Positions 62,550 to 64,000 of a stretch of DNA of 64,000 nucleotides are shown piece by piece. The stretch covers positions 682,001-746,000 of the forward strand of contig JABVCE010000005.1 of assembly GCA_014905635.1 (NCBI GenBank), written 5' to 3'. This DNA is from Scenedesmus sp. PABB004. Taxonomy: Eukaryota. The translations under genes were made by a program, and so were the position numbers. Position 1 is the first letter of the stretch. Each line of letters begins with the position of its first letter. The notes under the pieces are model-generated. The model had not been told where the DNA came from. It ran no database searches and was given only the letters and a program-made list of their open reading frames with translations.

Positions 62550-64000
62550 TGCGGCCGAGCGTGGCGGGCGTGGCGGGCGTGGCGCCTGGCCACCACCTCG
62601 CCCAGCCCCAGACCGCTACCGTCCAGCGGGTGCCGGTGGTGTTGCACGGTGGCATGCACGTGCAGTTCGCTGGTATGACCAGGCAGCAGCAGCAGGCTGC
62701 CGCGGCGGCGCTGCAGCACCACCCGCAGCACTACGCCGCGCAGCAGCAGCTCTTCTCTGCACAGTGGCAGTCCCCCCACCAGGCGCAGCCGCACCCCGGC
62801 CTGAACTGGCAGCAGCAGCAGCAGCAGCTCTTCTATGCGCAGCAGCAGCAGCAGCACGCGCAGCAGCAGCAGCACGCGACGGGCGAGCACGACGGCGACT
62901 GGCAGGGCGAGGCGGGCTTTGAGGAGGAGCCCGGCGGCGGCGACGGCGACGCGGCGCTGGCCGAGCAGGAGCAGCAGCAGAAGCAGGCGGAGCTGGAGGA
63001 GCCGGCCGCAGCGCGCGGCCGCCCGGGGCTCGCGGCGGCCGGCGGCGGCGCCGCGGCGCGCAGCGTGTCGGGCTCGCCCGGCTCCAAGGTAGGCGCACGC
63101 GCCCGCGCTCGGCTGCCCGGCGCGATCGCAGCCCGGACCGCGCCCGCCCTCAGACCAGCGCGCATGCTGGCGCGCCGAGTGCACGTCGCCTCACTGCCTC
63201 ACTGCCTGCCCTGTCCTCCCGCCTGCCCTGTGTGCCCCACCTCTGCAGCTCAACCACCTGGCCAAGGAGTTCAAGTTGGTCGACAAGGAGTTCAAGCTGG
63301 GCGAGCTCAACCACCTGGCCAAGGAGTTCAAGGTGGGCAGCAGCCTCGCTGGCGCCAGCGGCGGCGGCAGCAGCATCCTGCAGGGCGCCGGCGGCAGCGC
63401 GCCGGCAGGCGGCAGCGGCGGCGCCGCCGCCGTTCCGGCCCCGGCAGCGGCTGCCGCTGCTGGCACGGCCCCAGCAGCGGCGGCGGCCGCTGCCGCTGCG
63501 GCCCCGGCAGCGGCGGCCGCTGCTGGCGGCAGCAGCGGCATCGCCGCCACCGCGGCCCCGGGCGCGGCGGCCAGCACGGCACCTGCTGCGACGAGCAGCG
63601 GTGCAGCGCTGCAGCCGGCGCCGCGGCAGCAGCCCGCGGTGCAGCAGCCCGCGGCAGCGCCGCCGCAGCCGCAGCCGCAGCAGGAGCAGCAGCCGCAGCA
63701 GGAGCCGCAGCAGCCGCCGCCCGCGCCCGTCGGGGGCGCTGCCGGCGGCGGGCTGCCGGCGAACCACGTGTTTGATGCGGTGCACCTCGCGGGCGCCGAC
63801 AACGCGACGCTGGCGCAGGTCTACCGCAACCCCAGCGTGCGCGGGTGCGCCGGCGGCTGCCGCTCCCGCCCCGGGGCCCTCGCCGCGCGCCCTGCCGCTC
63901 GCCCTGCCTGCCTGTGTGTCGTTGTTCTTGCCGCCGTGTCTCTCTCCTCGCTCGGCTCGGCGCCCACCCCACTGCCGCGCCGTGCCACGCCGCGCCGCGC
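58401..64000 (+). CDS. Large multi-exon protein (3' partial) with acidic N-terminus, TTC3/DZIP3-like Cys/His domain, possible RRM-like segment, PAM2-like motifs and Q/P-rich tracts
   Basis: Spliced RCSAGCALLWHQQCWRTF...VRCVTPGCYGHVTYL; AVVLLECVDF...AAALLMPSQAAADLVY...QLQPAYL; LNHLAKEFK twice. Confidence 0.7.

Overview
Very GC-rich, intron-dense eukaryotic nuclear DNA. Short introns, TGTAA polyadenylation signals, plastid transit peptides and many GC-AG introns point to a chlorophycean green alga, probably Selenastraceae (Raphidocelis/Monoraphidium-like; inference). About 22 protein-coding genes were reconstructed by eye across introns: 3-isopropylmalate dehydrogenase, HemW-like radical SAM protein, a secreted multicopper oxidase with two hevein-like domains, TMEM65-like, bPH_2 protein, exocyst Sec15, NECAP, PIMT, At5g64816-like Cys-rich protein, a large coiled-coil protein, APC13, acyl-protein thioesterase, LHT-type amino-acid permease, MFS transporter, PIG-X, FabG, a large TTC3/DZIP3-domain-like protein running off the window, and several hypotheticals. 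The accessory region at about 51.98-57.23 kb is the highlight. A tRNA-Arg(UCU) gene has non-LTR retrotransposon (L1/Tx1-like) remnants on both sides, each with its 5' end facing the tRNA. Downstream, four 5'-truncated copies are stacked head-to-tail and separated by the same 12-13 bp motif (G)CCATTTTGCCTT, whose first copy starts 25 bp after the tRNA. This suggests a tRNA-associated, target-specific retrotransposon. CDS coordinates are gene spans (start codon to stop, introns included) and were not verified computationally. Most long ORFs in the supplied track are GC-content artefacts.
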